Assembly: GCA_013204385.1 (NCBI GenBank)
Contig: JABMNY010000013.1
Location: 517-64,516, forward strand
Source: Candidatus Uhrbacteria bacterium
GTDB taxonomy: Bacteria; Patescibacteriota; Patescibacteriia; UBA9934; GWF2-40-263
Direction of reading: 5' to 3'
Length of the DNA: 64,000 bases
The translations under genes and the position numbers were made by a program. The notes beneath the pieces are model-generated. The model made no database searches and was not told where the DNA came from. It saw only the letters and a list, made by a program, of their open reading frames with translations. The number at the start of each line of letters is the position of its first letter. Within the stretch, counting starts at the first letter, position 1. This document shows positions 36,897-46,749 of the stretch, piece after piece.

Positions 36897-37415
36897 ATGC
36901 AACTTCCATTTCGTCCAAAACAGCAGATGAAGCAACTTCTCCAAAAGGATGAACCGCTTTATCTTACGAAGGAGGGAATAGAAAAGTTCCATCGTCGACT
37001 TAAACAAATTGCGGAAGTGGAATTACCGCAAGCCATTGAGGATGTCAGACGAACAGGGGAGTTTGGGGACTTCTCTGAGAATGCCGAATATCAAGAAGCA
37101 AAGTGGCGCATGAGACGGCTTCGTGATCAACAAACATCCATCACAGAAAAACTAAAGATATCAATACTCATCGAAACGACATCCGAAGACGAAGGGATGG
37201 TACAAATGGGCTCAAGGGTCTGTATAAAGAAGCAGACCGGGGAAGCGAAGTCTTTTCAGATTGTAGGACCAGAAGAGACAGATCCATTGAAAGGAAGGCT
37301 CTCCTTTAAATCCCCATTGGGAGCCCGTCTAATGGGGCGCACAGTGGGAGAGGAAGTTACCCTTTCAAGTCCATCAGGCGAGACGGTTTATCAAATCATT
37401 TCCATTGACTCTTAA
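36897..37415 (+). CDS. greA: Transcription elongation factor GreA/GreB family
   Basis: YLT.EG, GDFSENAEY..AK, IVGP.E.DP..G.LS..SPLG..L.G. Confidence 0.9.
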   Translation: MQLPFRPKQQMKQLLQKDEPLYLTKEGIEKFHRRLKQIAEVELPQAIEDVRRTGEFGDFSENAEYQEAKWRMRRLRDQQTSITEKLKISILIETTSEDEGMVQMGSRVCIKKQTGEAKSFQIVGPEETDPLKGRLSFKSPLGARLMGRTVGEEVTLSSPSGETVYQIISIDS

Positions 37416-37427
37416 GAGGTCTCTCTA

Positions 37428-37456
37428 TTGACAAAATCCCATTTTTTGACTAGATT
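37428..37456 (+). promoter_or_regulatory. Sigma70 promoter, near-leaderless
   Basis: TTGACA-17 bp-TAGATT, 8 nt before ATG 37465. Confidence 0.7.
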
Positions 37457-37464
37457 AACGACAT

Positions 37465-38088
37465 ATGAAAGCTTCAACTTCTCTGTCACGTGTAATTATC
37501 TTGAGTTTTGTGCTCTTTTTTGCCATTACTCCTGGTGTTTTTGCACATGAATCTTTTGCAACCTACCTCCCAACCAATCTCCGTACTTGGAATACATATG
37601 GAACTCCAACTGTTACGACAAGTACAGTCACTCTTCAGGGGTCTGATAAAGAGTGGGTGTATGTCGATATTGATGTTCGCACCCTTACCTCATCATATGT
37701 AGCTCTTGCTGCTTATGTTGATAAGGATGACACACGAACAACATACACTTCGTCAGATCGAAATCGATCTGGAAATCCCTATTTGTATGCATATTACCTC
37801 GACCGAAATGGAAAGATCATTAAGTATCTTTCTGGATCTGAATTGATGGAGACTACACGAAAGGGATCAGATCATGTGGTGTATGGAATTTTTCCTACCG
37901 TTTCTGGAGCTACATCAATGCGTGTATTCTTGAAACAAAGCTCCGTGAAGAATCTGAGTAACAAAGGAGTAAATGTCACCTTTACAACACCTGTTCTTAT
38001 TTCAGGAACAAGTCGACAACAACTGCTTTCTCACTTAAAGGATTTTGCAAAAGAGAACGTCCAGGTACAATTTTCTTCCAGTCGATAA
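37465..38088 (+). CDS. Secreted beta-rich hypothetical protein
   Basis: Signal peptide ending VFA-H; Thr/Ser/Tyr rich. Confidence 0.75.
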   Translation: MKASTSLSRVIILSFVLFFAITPGVFAHESFATYLPTNLRTWNTYGTPTVTTSTVTLQGSDKEWVYVDIDVRTLTSSYVALAAYVDKDDTRTTYTSSDRNRSGNPYLYAYYLDRNGKIIKYLSGSELMETTRKGSDHVVYGIFPTVSGATSMRVFLKQSSVKNLSNKGVNVTFTTPVLISGTSRQQLLSHLKDFAKENVQVQFSSSR

Positions 38089-38092
38089 AAGT

Positions 38093-38119
38093 AAACGACC
38101 GGGTGTCCGGTCGTTTTTT
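38093..38119. terminator. Bidirectional terminator between convergent genes
   Basis: aaacgaccgg-gtgt-ccggtcgttt. Confidence 0.75.
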
Positions 38120-38751
38120 CATGGATCAAGATCCTGAATGAATGCTCCCTCGATGTAGGAGGGTTCAATCAGGTTGAGATCGATGAATGCTTTGTAGATT
38201 GCCCCTACCTCTCGAATCTTATACGGAATTTCTTTTAGATAGGGTTGAAGGGTTGCTGAGAGTCCTGTACTTTCAATACCGAGTTTCTCACAGGTCCAAA
38301 TCGCACGAGGGAGATGATATCCCTGAGAGATAAGAATGGCGTGGTCTATGCCCCAGAGGTCATGCGCCCGACGACAAGTGTCGTAAGTTCTTCTTCCGGC
38401 ATAATCAGCGAAGATGGCTTCTTCAGGAATATCAAAAAGTTCTATCAGCGTTTGTCTCATTACTTCAGGTTCATTGTATTCCTGAATGTGATTATCGCCC
38501 GAGACAAGGATACGTTCGATACGATCTGCAAAAAAGAATTCAGACGCGATGGTAAGGCGGTCCATGAGTGCGTCTGATGGTGTGTTTTGAAGCGTAAGGC
38601 CTGCGCCAAATACAATTCCCACCGGTGAGGAGTGAGTCGTTTCTACGTTCGTGTAGATGCTATTTTTTCCTCGAATCCAAATACATATCGGAAGCAGGAT
38701 ACACAGGAAGAGGAGAGTAGAAACACTTACAATGAAGGAAGTTTTTTTCAT
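38119..38751 (-). CDS. SanA/YdcF (DUF218) protein
   Basis: IVFGAG, DRL, LVSGDN...YNEP..M, DYAGRRTYDTC.RA, SQ.YHLPRA. Confidence 0.9.
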   Translation of the reverse strand: MKKTSFIVSVSTLLFLCILLPICIWIRGKNSIYTNVETTHSSPVGIVFGAGLTLQNTPSDALMDRLTIASEFFFADRIERILVSGDNHIQEYNEPEVMRQTLIELFDIPEEAIFADYAGRRTYDTCRRAHDLWGIDHAILISQGYHLPRAIWTCEKLGIESTGLSATLQPYLKEIPYKIREVGAIYKAFIDLNLIEPSYIEGAFIQDLDP

Positions 38752-38850
38752 ATAAAGACGCTTTCATCATAACCTCCATTTGATAATCATGGTACCCCGG
38801 AGGAAAAGAATCCTTAAAATAGAAGGACTTGGTACAAAACGAAACAAACT

Positions 38851-40110
38851 ATGTCTAGAGATGAGTTAGAAAAGAAAGAATTTTACGGATTAGGAATTGC
38901 TCCAACACTCTTAGAGCGAATTGAAGCACTTGGATTTAAACATCCGACCCCGATTCAATTTAAAGCCATTCCTATTGCTTGTACCGGAGAAGATGTTGTC
39001 GGAATTGCACAAACAGGAACAGGAAAGACACTCGCGTTCTCTATCCCCATGCTTCAGCAAATGGCTGCTCGTGGGAAGAAAGGTCTCATTTTGCTTCCAA
39101 CACGTGAGCTTGCTATTCAGGTTGAGACCACTCTCGAGAAACTTGCTGGACCTCTTGGGTTGCGTACAGTGCTTCTTATTGGAGGAGTGAATCCAAACCC
39201 ACAGATCAAAAAACTTCGATTAAAACCACATGTCATTATTGCGACCCCAGGGCGACTCATCGACATGATGCAACAAAAGCATGCGAGACTTGATCAGATT
39301 GGGGTACTTGTTCTTGATGAGGCTGATAGAATGCTTGATATGGGGTTTGCTCCACAACTCAAGAAGATTCTTGCAACCGTTCCTTCTGAGCGTCAAACAA
39401 TGCTTTTTTCAGCAACCATGCCAGAGCAAATTGCTTCTATTGCACGTCAATACATGAAGAGTCCATTGCGTGTGGAAGTCGCTCCTGCAGGAACAACCGC
39501 TGAAAGCGTGGAACAAGAGATGTTTATTGTTCCTAAGAACGACAAAACAGAGCTTTTAAAACGCTTGCTCACGGAATATAAAGGAACAATCCTCGTTTTT
39601 TGTCGAACAAAACATGGAGCAAGTAAACTTGCTCGTTCAATTCGAGGAATGGGGCATAGCTCTGCAGAGATTCATTCAAACCGTTCACAGAATCAGCGAC
39701 AAGAAGCACTTCGTGGGTTTACAAATGGAAAGTACCGTGTGATGGTGGCAACGGATATTGCTGCGCGTGGAATTGACGTGAAAAATATTGAGCTCGTTGT
39801 CAATTACGATCTTCCTGATCAACTTGAAGATTATGTTCACCGTATTGGACGAACGGGTCGAGCGGGAAGTACAGGAAAAGCAATTTCGTTTGCAGCTCCT
39901 GAACAAAAAAATGATATTATCCAAATTGAACGTTTGATCAAAGCGACTCTAACGGTAAAAACACCAGAAGGGGAATTGATAGAGCGCAAAGATCGTGCTG
40001 GAAGTGGTGGAGGCTCTCGATCACGCTCAGGTGGCGGAGGTCGTGGTGGACGTAGTGGTGGTGGACGTCCAGGACGTGCACGAACGCGAGGTCCTTCAAA
40101 ACGATATTAA
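38851..40110 (+). CDS. DEAD-box RNA helicase
   Basis: PTPIQ, AQTGTGKT, PTRELA, TPGR, DEAD, SAT, ARGID, HRIGRTGR, RGG tail. Confidence 0.96.
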   Translation: MSRDELEKKEFYGLGIAPTLLERIEALGFKHPTPIQFKAIPIACTGEDVVGIAQTGTGKTLAFSIPMLQQMAARGKKGLILLPTRELAIQVETTLEKLAGPLGLRTVLLIGGVNPNPQIKKLRLKPHVIIATPGRLIDMMQQKHARLDQIGVLVLDEADRMLDMGFAPQLKKILATVPSERQTMLFSATMPEQIASIARQYMKSPLRVEVAPAGTTAESVEQEMFIVPKNDKTELLKRLLTEYKGTILVFCRTKHGASKLARSIRGMGHSSAEIHSNRSQNQRQEALRGFTNGKYRVMVATDIAARGIDVKNIELVVNYDLPDQLEDYVHRIGRTGRAGSTGKAISFAAPEQKNDIIQIERLIKATLTVKTPEGELIERKDRAGSGGGSRSRSGGGGRGGRSGGGRPGRARTRGPSKRY

Positions 40111-40114
40111 AAGA

Positions 40115-40145
40115 AAAACATCCGGGAAAATCCCCGGATGTTTTG
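40115..40145. terminator. Bidirectional terminator
   Basis: aaaaacatccggg...cccggatgttttt. Confidence 0.8.
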
Positions 40146-40146
40146 T

Positions 40147-40596
40147 TCACTTCCACCCAAACGCACTGTAGACTTGCCCCTCACGAATATGATCGAACGC
40201 TTGTTTGTAGTAATCGATGGTAGATTCTGGAAGTGCTTCAAGTGGGAACCAGGTGAGTTCAGAACATTTTTCCACCTCGCAATTCGTTGGTGTTCCTTCC
40301 CAGCGCTGACAAAGAAAGAAGAAATCGACGCATTCATGGTCTCCGCAGTGTCGATGCATGACATGTCCAAGTTCTAAATTCTCTGACTGTAAGTTGAGAC
40401 CAACTTCTTCTCGAGCCTCCCGAATCATGGCCTGTGTGAGTTCTTCTTCCCCGTCTACATGCCCTGCAGGAAGTCCAAACTCATTGTCTTTATAGCCCGT
40501 ATTTTGGCGTTTTAATAAAAGAACTTGTCCCTGTTCATTGAGAAGGATAAGGTAAACAGACACAACAGCTCTAAATCGATCTTTCCAATGGATCAT
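40147..40596 (-). CDS. NUDIX hydrolase
   Basis: PAGHVD..E....A..REAREEVG Nudix box; N.E..KC..L.WF. Confidence 0.92.
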   Translation of the reverse strand: MIHWKDRFRAVVSVYLILLNEQGQVLLLKRQNTGYKDNEFGLPAGHVDGEEELTQAMIREAREEVGLNLQSENLELGHVMHRHCGDHECVDFFFLCQRWEGTPTNCEVEKCSELTWFPLEALPESTIDYYKQAFDHIREGQVYSAFGWK

Positions 40597-40619
40597 ATGA
40601 GGGTTATTATAGCAGGCGT

Positions 40620-41321
40620 ATGAAAACACGACTAAACAAATATTTGGCCGAAAGAGGCATCTGCTCTCGTCGTCAAGCAGATGTCCTTATTGCTGATGGG
40701 GCCGTTCTGGTAAATGGGGAAGTGGCGACTCTCGGACTCCCGGTTGATGAAACAGATGAGATACGAGTTCATGGGGACATGATCAATCGCATGAGACCCA
40801 AAAAAGTGTATCTTGCATTCAATAAACCTGTGGGGATCATGACCTCTGTTGATCCTCATGCTCCTGATACAATACGAACATTTTTAAATCTTCCAAATCA
40901 TATTTTTTCCGTGGGACGACTCGATGTTGCTTCCAGCGGGTTATTAATTTTGACGAACGATGGAGATCTCTCAGAACATATTACACATCCTCGATACGAT
41001 CATGAAAAAGAATATCTTGTTTCTGTTGATCGTCCTGTGCTTCGTGAAGATCTTCGGGAAATGGCAGATGGGATGATGATCTTGGGTTCTATGACAAAAT
41101 CTGCGCAAGTCAAAAAAATTGGAGATCAACGATTTACAATTGTTCTTACAGAGGGAAGAAACAGGCAAATTCGCAGAATGTGCGAGGCCTTAGGGTATGG
41201 CATCACCTCACTTAAACGCATACGAGTCATGAATATTGAGTTGGGAGATCTTCCGATTGGGGAGACACGTCCGCTTACCTCTAAAGAGCTTCATGTGCTC
41301 AGACAGAGTTTAAGTTTGTAG
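40620..41321 (+). CDS. rRNA pseudouridine synthase (RsuA/RluB/RluF family)
   Basis: S4 domain RLNKYLA...SRR.AD, NKP.G, VGRLD..SSGL, EKEY, EGRNRQIRRM. Confidence 0.93.
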   Translation: MKTRLNKYLAERGICSRRQADVLIADGAVLVNGEVATLGLPVDETDEIRVHGDMINRMRPKKVYLAFNKPVGIMTSVDPHAPDTIRTFLNLPNHIFSVGRLDVASSGLLILTNDGDLSEHITHPRYDHEKEYLVSVDRPVLREDLREMADGMMILGSMTKSAQVKKIGDQRFTIVLTEGRNRQIRRMCEALGYGITSLKRIRVMNIELGDLPIGETRPLTSKELHVLRQSLSL

Positions 41322-42080
41322 CCCCGTACGTTTTCGTAAGAGAGCGATGAGGGCAATTCCAAGGACGGAAGTCAGTAAGAACATCGTAATGGCACTCCCG
41401 AGAATGGGAGTACTTGCGTGTCCGGTAAATCCGTATCGAAATCCATCGATTGCATACGCGAGCGGATTAAATCTTGCAATGGTATGCCAAACGCCTGGAA
41501 GATTTGCGATGTCATAAAAGACTCCTCCAAGATAGGTCAGGGGAGTAAGTACAAACGTTGGAACGATTCCCACGTCATCAAACTTGCGAGCAAACATTCC
41601 ATTTAAGAATCCGAGCATGGAGAAAAAGATGGCTGTTACAATACTGAAGTAGATAACTGCCCAAAGATGGGTAATTGTGGACGGAACAAAAAAGAGTGAG
41701 ACAATAAAGACAATCACACCAACAACGAGACTGCGGAAAATTCCTCCTGTACAGAACCCAGCAAGCAAGGTGGAGGGGGAGACAGGGGCAACAAGGATTT
41801 CTTCGATACTTCGTTGAAATTTCGCTCCAAAAAATGAGCTCGCAACATTCGAAAAAGCACTCGTCACAACAGCCATAAGAATAAGTCCTGGAACGATGAA
41901 TCCTGCATAGCTCTGACCTCCTACTTCTCCGATACGAGATCCAAGAAATGCGCCAAAGATCACAAAATACAGGGATTGGGTAATGATCGGAGGAAGGAGT
42001 GTTTGTGTCCAAATGCGCAGAATTCTGGTGACTTCTTTGCGGGCGATGGTGATGTACGCAATGGTAGGGGAGTATGTCAT
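41310..42080 (-). CDS. ABC-2 type permease (YadH-like)
   Basis: RIWTQTLLPP, FIVPGLILM, SFFGAKFQ, LTPLTYLGGVFY, FRYGF. Confidence 0.92.
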   Translation of the reverse strand: MTYSPTIAYITIARKEVTRILRIWTQTLLPPIITQSLYFVIFGAFLGSRIGEVGGQSYAGFIVPGLILMAVVTSAFSNVASSFFGAKFQRSIEEILVAPVSPSTLLAGFCTGGIFRSLVVGVIVFIVSLFFVPSTITHLWAVIYFSIVTAIFFSMLGFLNGMFARKFDDVGIVPTFVLTPLTYLGGVFYDIANLPGVWHTIARFNPLAYAIDGFRYGFTGHASTPILGSAITMFLLTSVLGIALIALLRKRTGLQT

Positions 42081-42093
42081 AGGATTAGACTTG

Positions 42094-42990
42094 TTACATG
42101 GCTGCTTCAATAAAGACCTCCTCAAGACGGTTTGCTTTTGGTCGAATATCACGAATGGTTACTCCATGTGACGCGAAGTCCTGAATCATGGATGTGACAC
42201 TCGTCCCTTGTTTGAGAGACGCTTCCCACGTGGTTGCGTTTTTTTGTTTGAGATTATAGATCCCCCCTTCTGTAAGGAGTTGATCTGTCGTAAGGACAAA
42301 TGATTGTGCGGAGAGTTCGTTAAGGAGCTCTTGGATCGGAGCGTTTCGGACAACCTCACCTTGTCTCATCATCACAATTTGTTCACAGAGTTCCTCTGCT
42401 TCTTCAAGGTAGTGTGTGGTGAGAAGGATGGTCGTCCCTTGCGCATGGATTTTCCGAATGAACTCCCACATCCCCCGACGAAGCTCAACATCAACTCCCG
42501 CAGACGGTTCATCAAGGAGCAATATTTTTGGCTCATGAATGAGTGCGCGCGCGATCATGAGTCGACGTTTCATTCCGCCTGACAGGGTTCGAGCCGTTGC
42601 AGTTCGTTTGTCCCAAAGTCCCAGTTCGTGTAGAAGGTTGTCAGCTCGTTCTCTTGCAGTCTTCCGAGGGACTCCATAGTATCCAGCTTGATCGATTAAA
42701 ATGTCTTCAACCTTTTCAAAGATACTAAAATTGAATTCTTGGGGGACGACACCAATATAGGATCTCGCAAGCTCAGGTTGGTCATCAAGATTAATTCCAG
42801 CAACTAAAATTTGACCACCAGTCTTCCTTACAAGTCCTGTAAGAATTCCAATAAGCGTCGTTTTCCCAGCCCCATTGGCTCCCAAGAGTCCCGTCATGCT
42901 TCCAGCTTTGACTTCAAACGAAACATTCTTAAGTGCTTGAGTTCCTGTTGAATAGGTCTTTTCGACATGTGTGAGGGTGATTGCGTTCAT
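42094..42990 (-). CDS. ABC transporter ATP-binding protein (YadG-like)
   Basis: GANGAGKTT, VPQEFN, LSGGMKRR, LDEP.AGVD, TTHYLEEAE. Confidence 0.94.
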   Translation of the reverse strand: MNAITLTHVEKTYSTGTQALKNVSFEVKAGSMTGLLGANGAGKTTLIGILTGLVRKTGGQILVAGINLDDQPELARSYIGVVPQEFNFSIFEKVEDILIDQAGYYGVPRKTARERADNLLHELGLWDKRTATARTLSGGMKRRLMIARALIHEPKILLLDEPSAGVDVELRRGMWEFIRKIHAQGTTILLTTHYLEEAEELCEQIVMMRQGEVVRNAPIQELLNELSAQSFVLTTDQLLTEGGIYNLKQKNATTWEASLKQGTSVTSMIQDFASHGVTIRDIRPKANRLEEVFIEAAM

Positions 42991-43025
42991 AGTGGCGGTA
43001 GTATACAGGATTCTATTTGGTAAAG

Positions 43026-43055
43026 AAAAAGACCGTGGGTAAGAACCACACGGTC
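43026..43055 (-). terminator. Terminator of the lemA-TPM-TPM operon
   Basis: gaccgtg...cacggtc plus T-run on the minus strand. Confidence 0.7.
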
Positions 43056-43079
43056 GCGTTTGTGATCAGAGGATCTTGG

Positions 43080-43820
43080 TCACCAGCCTCCGCCAGCTCC
43101 CCCTCCGCCGAAACTCCCTCCGCCGAAACCTCCTCCGCCACTCGAACCAGAGCTTCCACCCCAGTCTGAGGATCCGGAGCTGTAGTTGCCACCACCTCCA
43201 CCCCCTCCGCCTTTGCTCATGACGAGAAGGACAAAAAGGATGATCAGAAAGATGATCAGGATGACCATCGCTTCAGAACTGAGCTGAGCTTCTTGGGTGG
43301 TGTCACCGTTCATCCTGGTTATGTTGGGTGGACTGTAAGGTTCTCCCTTGACCACCTTGATGATGGCGTCCACCCCAGCTTCGATGGCTTCAGGAGGTTT
43401 CCCATCCTTGAAGAGCGGTTCGATGCTCCTTGTGATGATCATCTTGGCTGTGGCGTCTGGGAGAACTCCTTCGACACCATAGCCCGTCGCGATCCAGATC
43501 CTGCGCTCCTTCATGGCGATCAGGAAGACGATGCCATTGTCTTCGCCTTTCTGGCCCACGCCCCACTCCTCGCCGATGTTGGTGGCGAAGGAGGCAGGAG
43601 TTTCGCCATTGAGGGTTTGTACTGTGATGACGGCAAATTGTGCCGTGTTGCCATCTTCTAGAGTCTGGATCTTGCGCTCGAGCGTTGCTTCACGGTCGTC
43701 GGGAATGACATTCGCGAAGTCATGGACGAACTTGCCAGGCTTTGGGCTTGGGTAGGCCTGAGCCTGAGTGCTGAACAAGATGCACATCAGAGCAAGGAGG
43801 AGCAGATGTAGTCTGTTCAT
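43080..43820 (-). CDS. TPM-domain protein (YgcG-like) with Gly-rich tail
   Basis: Signal peptide, V.D.ANVI, WGVG....DNG, I.TGYG.EG.LPD, TM, GGGSFGGGGAGGGW. Confidence 0.92.
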   Translation of the reverse strand: MNRLHLLLLALMCILFSTQAQAYPSPKPGKFVHDFANVIPDDREATLERKIQTLEDGNTAQFAVITVQTLNGETPASFATNIGEEWGVGQKGEDNGIVFLIAMKERRIWIATGYGVEGVLPDATAKMIITRSIEPLFKDGKPPEAIEAGVDAIIKVVKGEPYSPPNITRMNGDTTQEAQLSSEAMVILIIFLIILFVLLVMSKGGGGGGGGNYSSGSSDWGGSSGSSGGGGFGGGSFGGGGAGGGW

Positions 43821-43821
43821 C

Positions 43822-44298
43822 TCACACCTCCAGAACTGGTCGGTTGGGAAGCTCGTTCGTGTCATCGTGCTTCTTGGGGAAATGCTCGCACAGGCATCTG
43901 CCGATGGCTTCTACGGATTCGCAGATACCTTTGGTTGAATGTCTTTCATGGAACGCAGATGAGAGTTCTATGGCCTGTTGCTCCCAGAAGTTGGGAGGTA
44001 GGAGATTGTTGATGCCCTCGTCCCCCATGATGTAGAAGGCGCGATCAGCGAGCACGATCAAGAGCAGAACGCCGGTTTTGTCCCGAGTGTCATGCATCTT
44101 GTGCTTGAGGAAGTCGGCTTCTGCCTGAGTCTTGACGTCAGGAATGCTGTCGTCGCGACGTGCACGGATGACCACACGGATCTCTCCAGAGGTGGTTTGC
44201 TCGGCCTTGGTGACAGCCACAGTGATCGCGTCGAGGTCCTGCTTGGAGAACATTCGATGCATCCACCAGAGGTCGATCAGTCGTTGAAAGAACTTCAT
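43822..44298 (-). CDS. TPM-domain protein
   Basis: AE..TSGEIRV, T..KTGVL, GD.GI, D.NELPN. Confidence 0.9.
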   Translation of the reverse strand: MKFFQRLIDLWWMHRMFSKQDLDAITVAVTKAEQTTSGEIRVVIRARRDDSIPDVKTQAEADFLKHKMHDTRDKTGVLLLIVLADRAFYIMGDEGINNLLPPNFWEQQAIELSSAFHERHSTKGICESVEAIGRCLCEHFPKKHDDTNELPNRPVLEV

Positions 44299-44307
44299 GA
44301 TCACTCC

Positions 44308-44907
44308 TTACTCGAAGCTGACGGTCGGAGCCTTGTCGGATCCTTCGTCAGCCTTGAAGTAGGGGTAGGAGCGTTCGAAGTCCATCCCAGCGATTGACAC
44401 GATCATGTTGGTGAAGAACCCCTTGCGAGCCGCGTTGTAGTCCTTCACAGCCTCGTTGTAGCGATGCCGTTCGGTTCCGATACGGTTCTCGGTTCCTTCG
44501 AGCTGGGCCTGCAAGACCAGGAAGTTCTCGTTGGCCTTCAAGTCCGGGTAGGACTCGACGACCGCGAGAAGCTTGCTGAGCGCGCCCGAGAGTTGGCTCT
44601 GAGCGGCCATGTAGCTTGCGATCTGCTCGGAGGTAGCAGAGCTGATGTCGATCTTCACCTTGCCGACCGAGGCACGCGCATCGGTCACTTCGGCGAGAAC
44701 CTTCTCCTCGTGGGAGACATAGCCCTTCACGGTTGATACGAGGTTCGGGATGAGGTCCGCTCGACGCTGGTACTGCGTCTCGACATTTCCCCACTGGCTG
44801 TTGACTCCCTCTTCGTATCCGACGAGAGAGTTGTTCACTCCCGCGAGGCTCAGGACGAAGAGGACAAGCATGCCACCAAGGGCAGCGAGAATAGAGGTTG
44901 CTTTCAC
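44308..44907 (-). CDS. lemA: LemA family protein
   Basis: W.NVE.QYQRRADLIPNLV, E.YPDLKANENF..LQ..LEGTENRI, YN..V..YN; GTG start with AAGGAG. Confidence 0.94.
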   Translation of the reverse strand: MKATSILAALGGMLVLFVLSLAGVNNSLVGYEEGVNSQWGNVETQYQRRADLIPNLVSTVKGYVSHEEKVLAEVTDARASVGKVKIDISSATSEQIASYMAAQSQLSGALSKLLAVVESYPDLKANENFLVLQAQLEGTENRIGTERHRYNEAVKDYNAARKGFFTNMIVSIAGMDFERSYPYFKADEGSDKAPTVSFE

Positions 44908-45037
44908 GGTTACTCCTTTATCTCGATGGAAGACCCAACGAGGTGAAGAATATACAGCAAATACTTCATTTTGTCAACTCATCCATGTAATTAAAAAATC
45001 ACCTTATTCAGATGATTTTTTAAAGTCGGATGGATGA

Positions 45038-45526
45038 TTATAGATAGGACTCTCTCCGAATACGGTGGCAGGTATATCCTCCAGGGTTCTTCTGGAGAAA
45101 GTCTTGGTGATACTCTTCTGCGGGATAAAATGTTGTAAATGGCTCAAGGCTTGTCACAACTGGTTTTTTCCAATACCCAGATGCATTTACTCGGTCGATC
45201 AATTCTTGAGCTTCACTTTTCTCATCTTCAGTTGAGTAAAAAATAGCTGAGCGATAGGATTCTCCGATATCATTTCCTTGTCGATTTAGCGTGGTTGGGT
45301 CGTGAACACGGAAAAAGAAATCAAGGAGCTGTTTGTATGAGATTGCTTCTGGATCATAGCTAATCTCTACAGCCTCCGCATGTCCAGGATGATTCTCATT
45401 GTCTGGATCCTGGTTTGCACCTCCTGTGTAACCAACTTGAGTGGTGATAACACCTGGGAGCGCACGAACTAATTCTTCGAGCCCCCAGAAACAACCACCT
45501 GCAAAAATAGCGGTCTTCGTTGCCAT
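45038..45526 (-). CDS. msrA: Peptide-methionine (S)-sulfoxide reductase
   Basis: FAGGCFWG, GYTGG, GHAEAV, HDPT.LNRQGND.G..YRS, AEEYHQ, GYTCH. Confidence 0.95.
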   Translation of the reverse strand: MATKTAIFAGGCFWGLEELVRALPGVITTQVGYTGGANQDPDNENHPGHAEAVEISYDPEAISYKQLLDFFFRVHDPTTLNRQGNDIGESYRSAIFYSTEDEKSEAQELIDRVNASGYWKKPVVTSLEPFTTFYPAEEYHQDFLQKNPGGYTCHRIRRESYL

Positions 45527-45530
45527 AATT

Positions 45531-46748
45531 TTAATGTGAATGTTTTTCGAGGTAATTGAAGAGGGTCGGAAAGAGTTTTTGTGTGTCAAAAGAAAGAGCA
45601 ACAGTCTTCAGTCCATTTTTAACAAATGTTTTTCGAATCTTGTCATTTTCAAGAATGGTTGAAATTTTATGAGCGAGTTCACTTGCATCATTGGCTTGAA
45701 CGAGAAAGCCATTATGCTTGTCTGTAATAATTTCAGGGATTCCTCCAACGTTTGTTCCAATAACTGGGAGACCACATGCCATGGCTTCGATAAACACTTG
45801 CCCAAATGTTTCATTTTCAGATGGAAGAGCAAAGACGTCAGATCCCGCATAGACTTCAGGCATTTTTTCCATTGGAAAAGTTTTGATGATGACGAAGTCT
45901 TCAATTCCATGAATTTGTGTGTACCCTTCAAGTTTTTGAAGCGCAGCTTCAAATTCTTGATTGAGACGTTGAGGGGGTTTTCCGACCGCAATAAGAAGAT
46001 AGACATCACTTCGAGTGCTTCGAATTTTAGAAAATGCGTCCAGTAGATTGATCAGTCCCTTTTCTGTAAGGATGTCAGAGTATCCTTGCAAGATGCGTGA
46101 AGCAGAAACAATCACTTTGTCGGACGAGGAAAGACCTAAGTGTTTTTTGAGCCACTTTCTATTTGTTTGAGGAGTAAATTCTTTAATGTTCACCCCAAGA
46201 TACTTGGTCGTGATATGGCTGATCGCAAGCCCTTTTTGAAAACAGTCACCTGCAACACTTTTACTGACACAAAGAACTTTTTTCCAAAAGAGACCATTGA
46301 TGATTTCTGTCTGTAGTGGATTTGTAGAGAAAGAGTGTAATTGCAAAAAGAGAGGAACTTGTTTTGTGTGACAGACCATATTGACCATCAAGCTATAAGA
46401 TGGAGGAAGGCCAAGGTGGAAGTTTTGTGCTGTAACAGCAGAAATAGCATGCTCGGGGATGAAGGTATTAAGGAATTCAAAAAATTCAATAGATTTATCT
46501 TTTACTTGTTTTTGAGATCCTTTTTTTACATCAATTGATTTTCGCTTTTTATACGATAAATTGAGGAATGACTTGAAATGAATTGATACATTTCCTATCT
46601 GAACAATCTCCTCTTTTGTTTTGGAGGGGAGAATAAAATAATAGTTTCCAGGCTGATCTTGGCAAAAATCAATGAGATTTTTTATATATCGTTCAATCCC
46701 TCCTATACTCACAAAAGGAGAGTTTGGACTTATAATGAGATGGTTCAT
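45531..46748 (-). CDS. Glycosyltransferase family 4
   Basis: GGIE, EKG, DVFALPS..ETFG....EAMACGLPVIGTNVGGIPEII. Confidence 0.92.
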   Translation of the reverse strand: MNHLIISPNSPFVSIGGIERYIKNLIDFCQDQPGNYYFILPSKTKEEIVQIGNVSIHFKSFLNLSYKKRKSIDVKKGSQKQVKDKSIEFFEFLNTFIPEHAISAVTAQNFHLGLPPSYSLMVNMVCHTKQVPLFLQLHSFSTNPLQTEIINGLFWKKVLCVSKSVAGDCFQKGLAISHITTKYLGVNIKEFTPQTNRKWLKKHLGLSSSDKVIVSASRILQGYSDILTEKGLINLLDAFSKIRSTRSDVYLLIAVGKPPQRLNQEFEAALQKLEGYTQIHGIEDFVIIKTFPMEKMPEVYAGSDVFALPSENETFGQVFIEAMACGLPVIGTNVGGIPEIITDKHNGFLVQANDASELAHKISTILENDKIRKTFVKNGLKTVALSFDTQKLFPTLFNYLEKHSH

Positions 46749-46749
46749 G

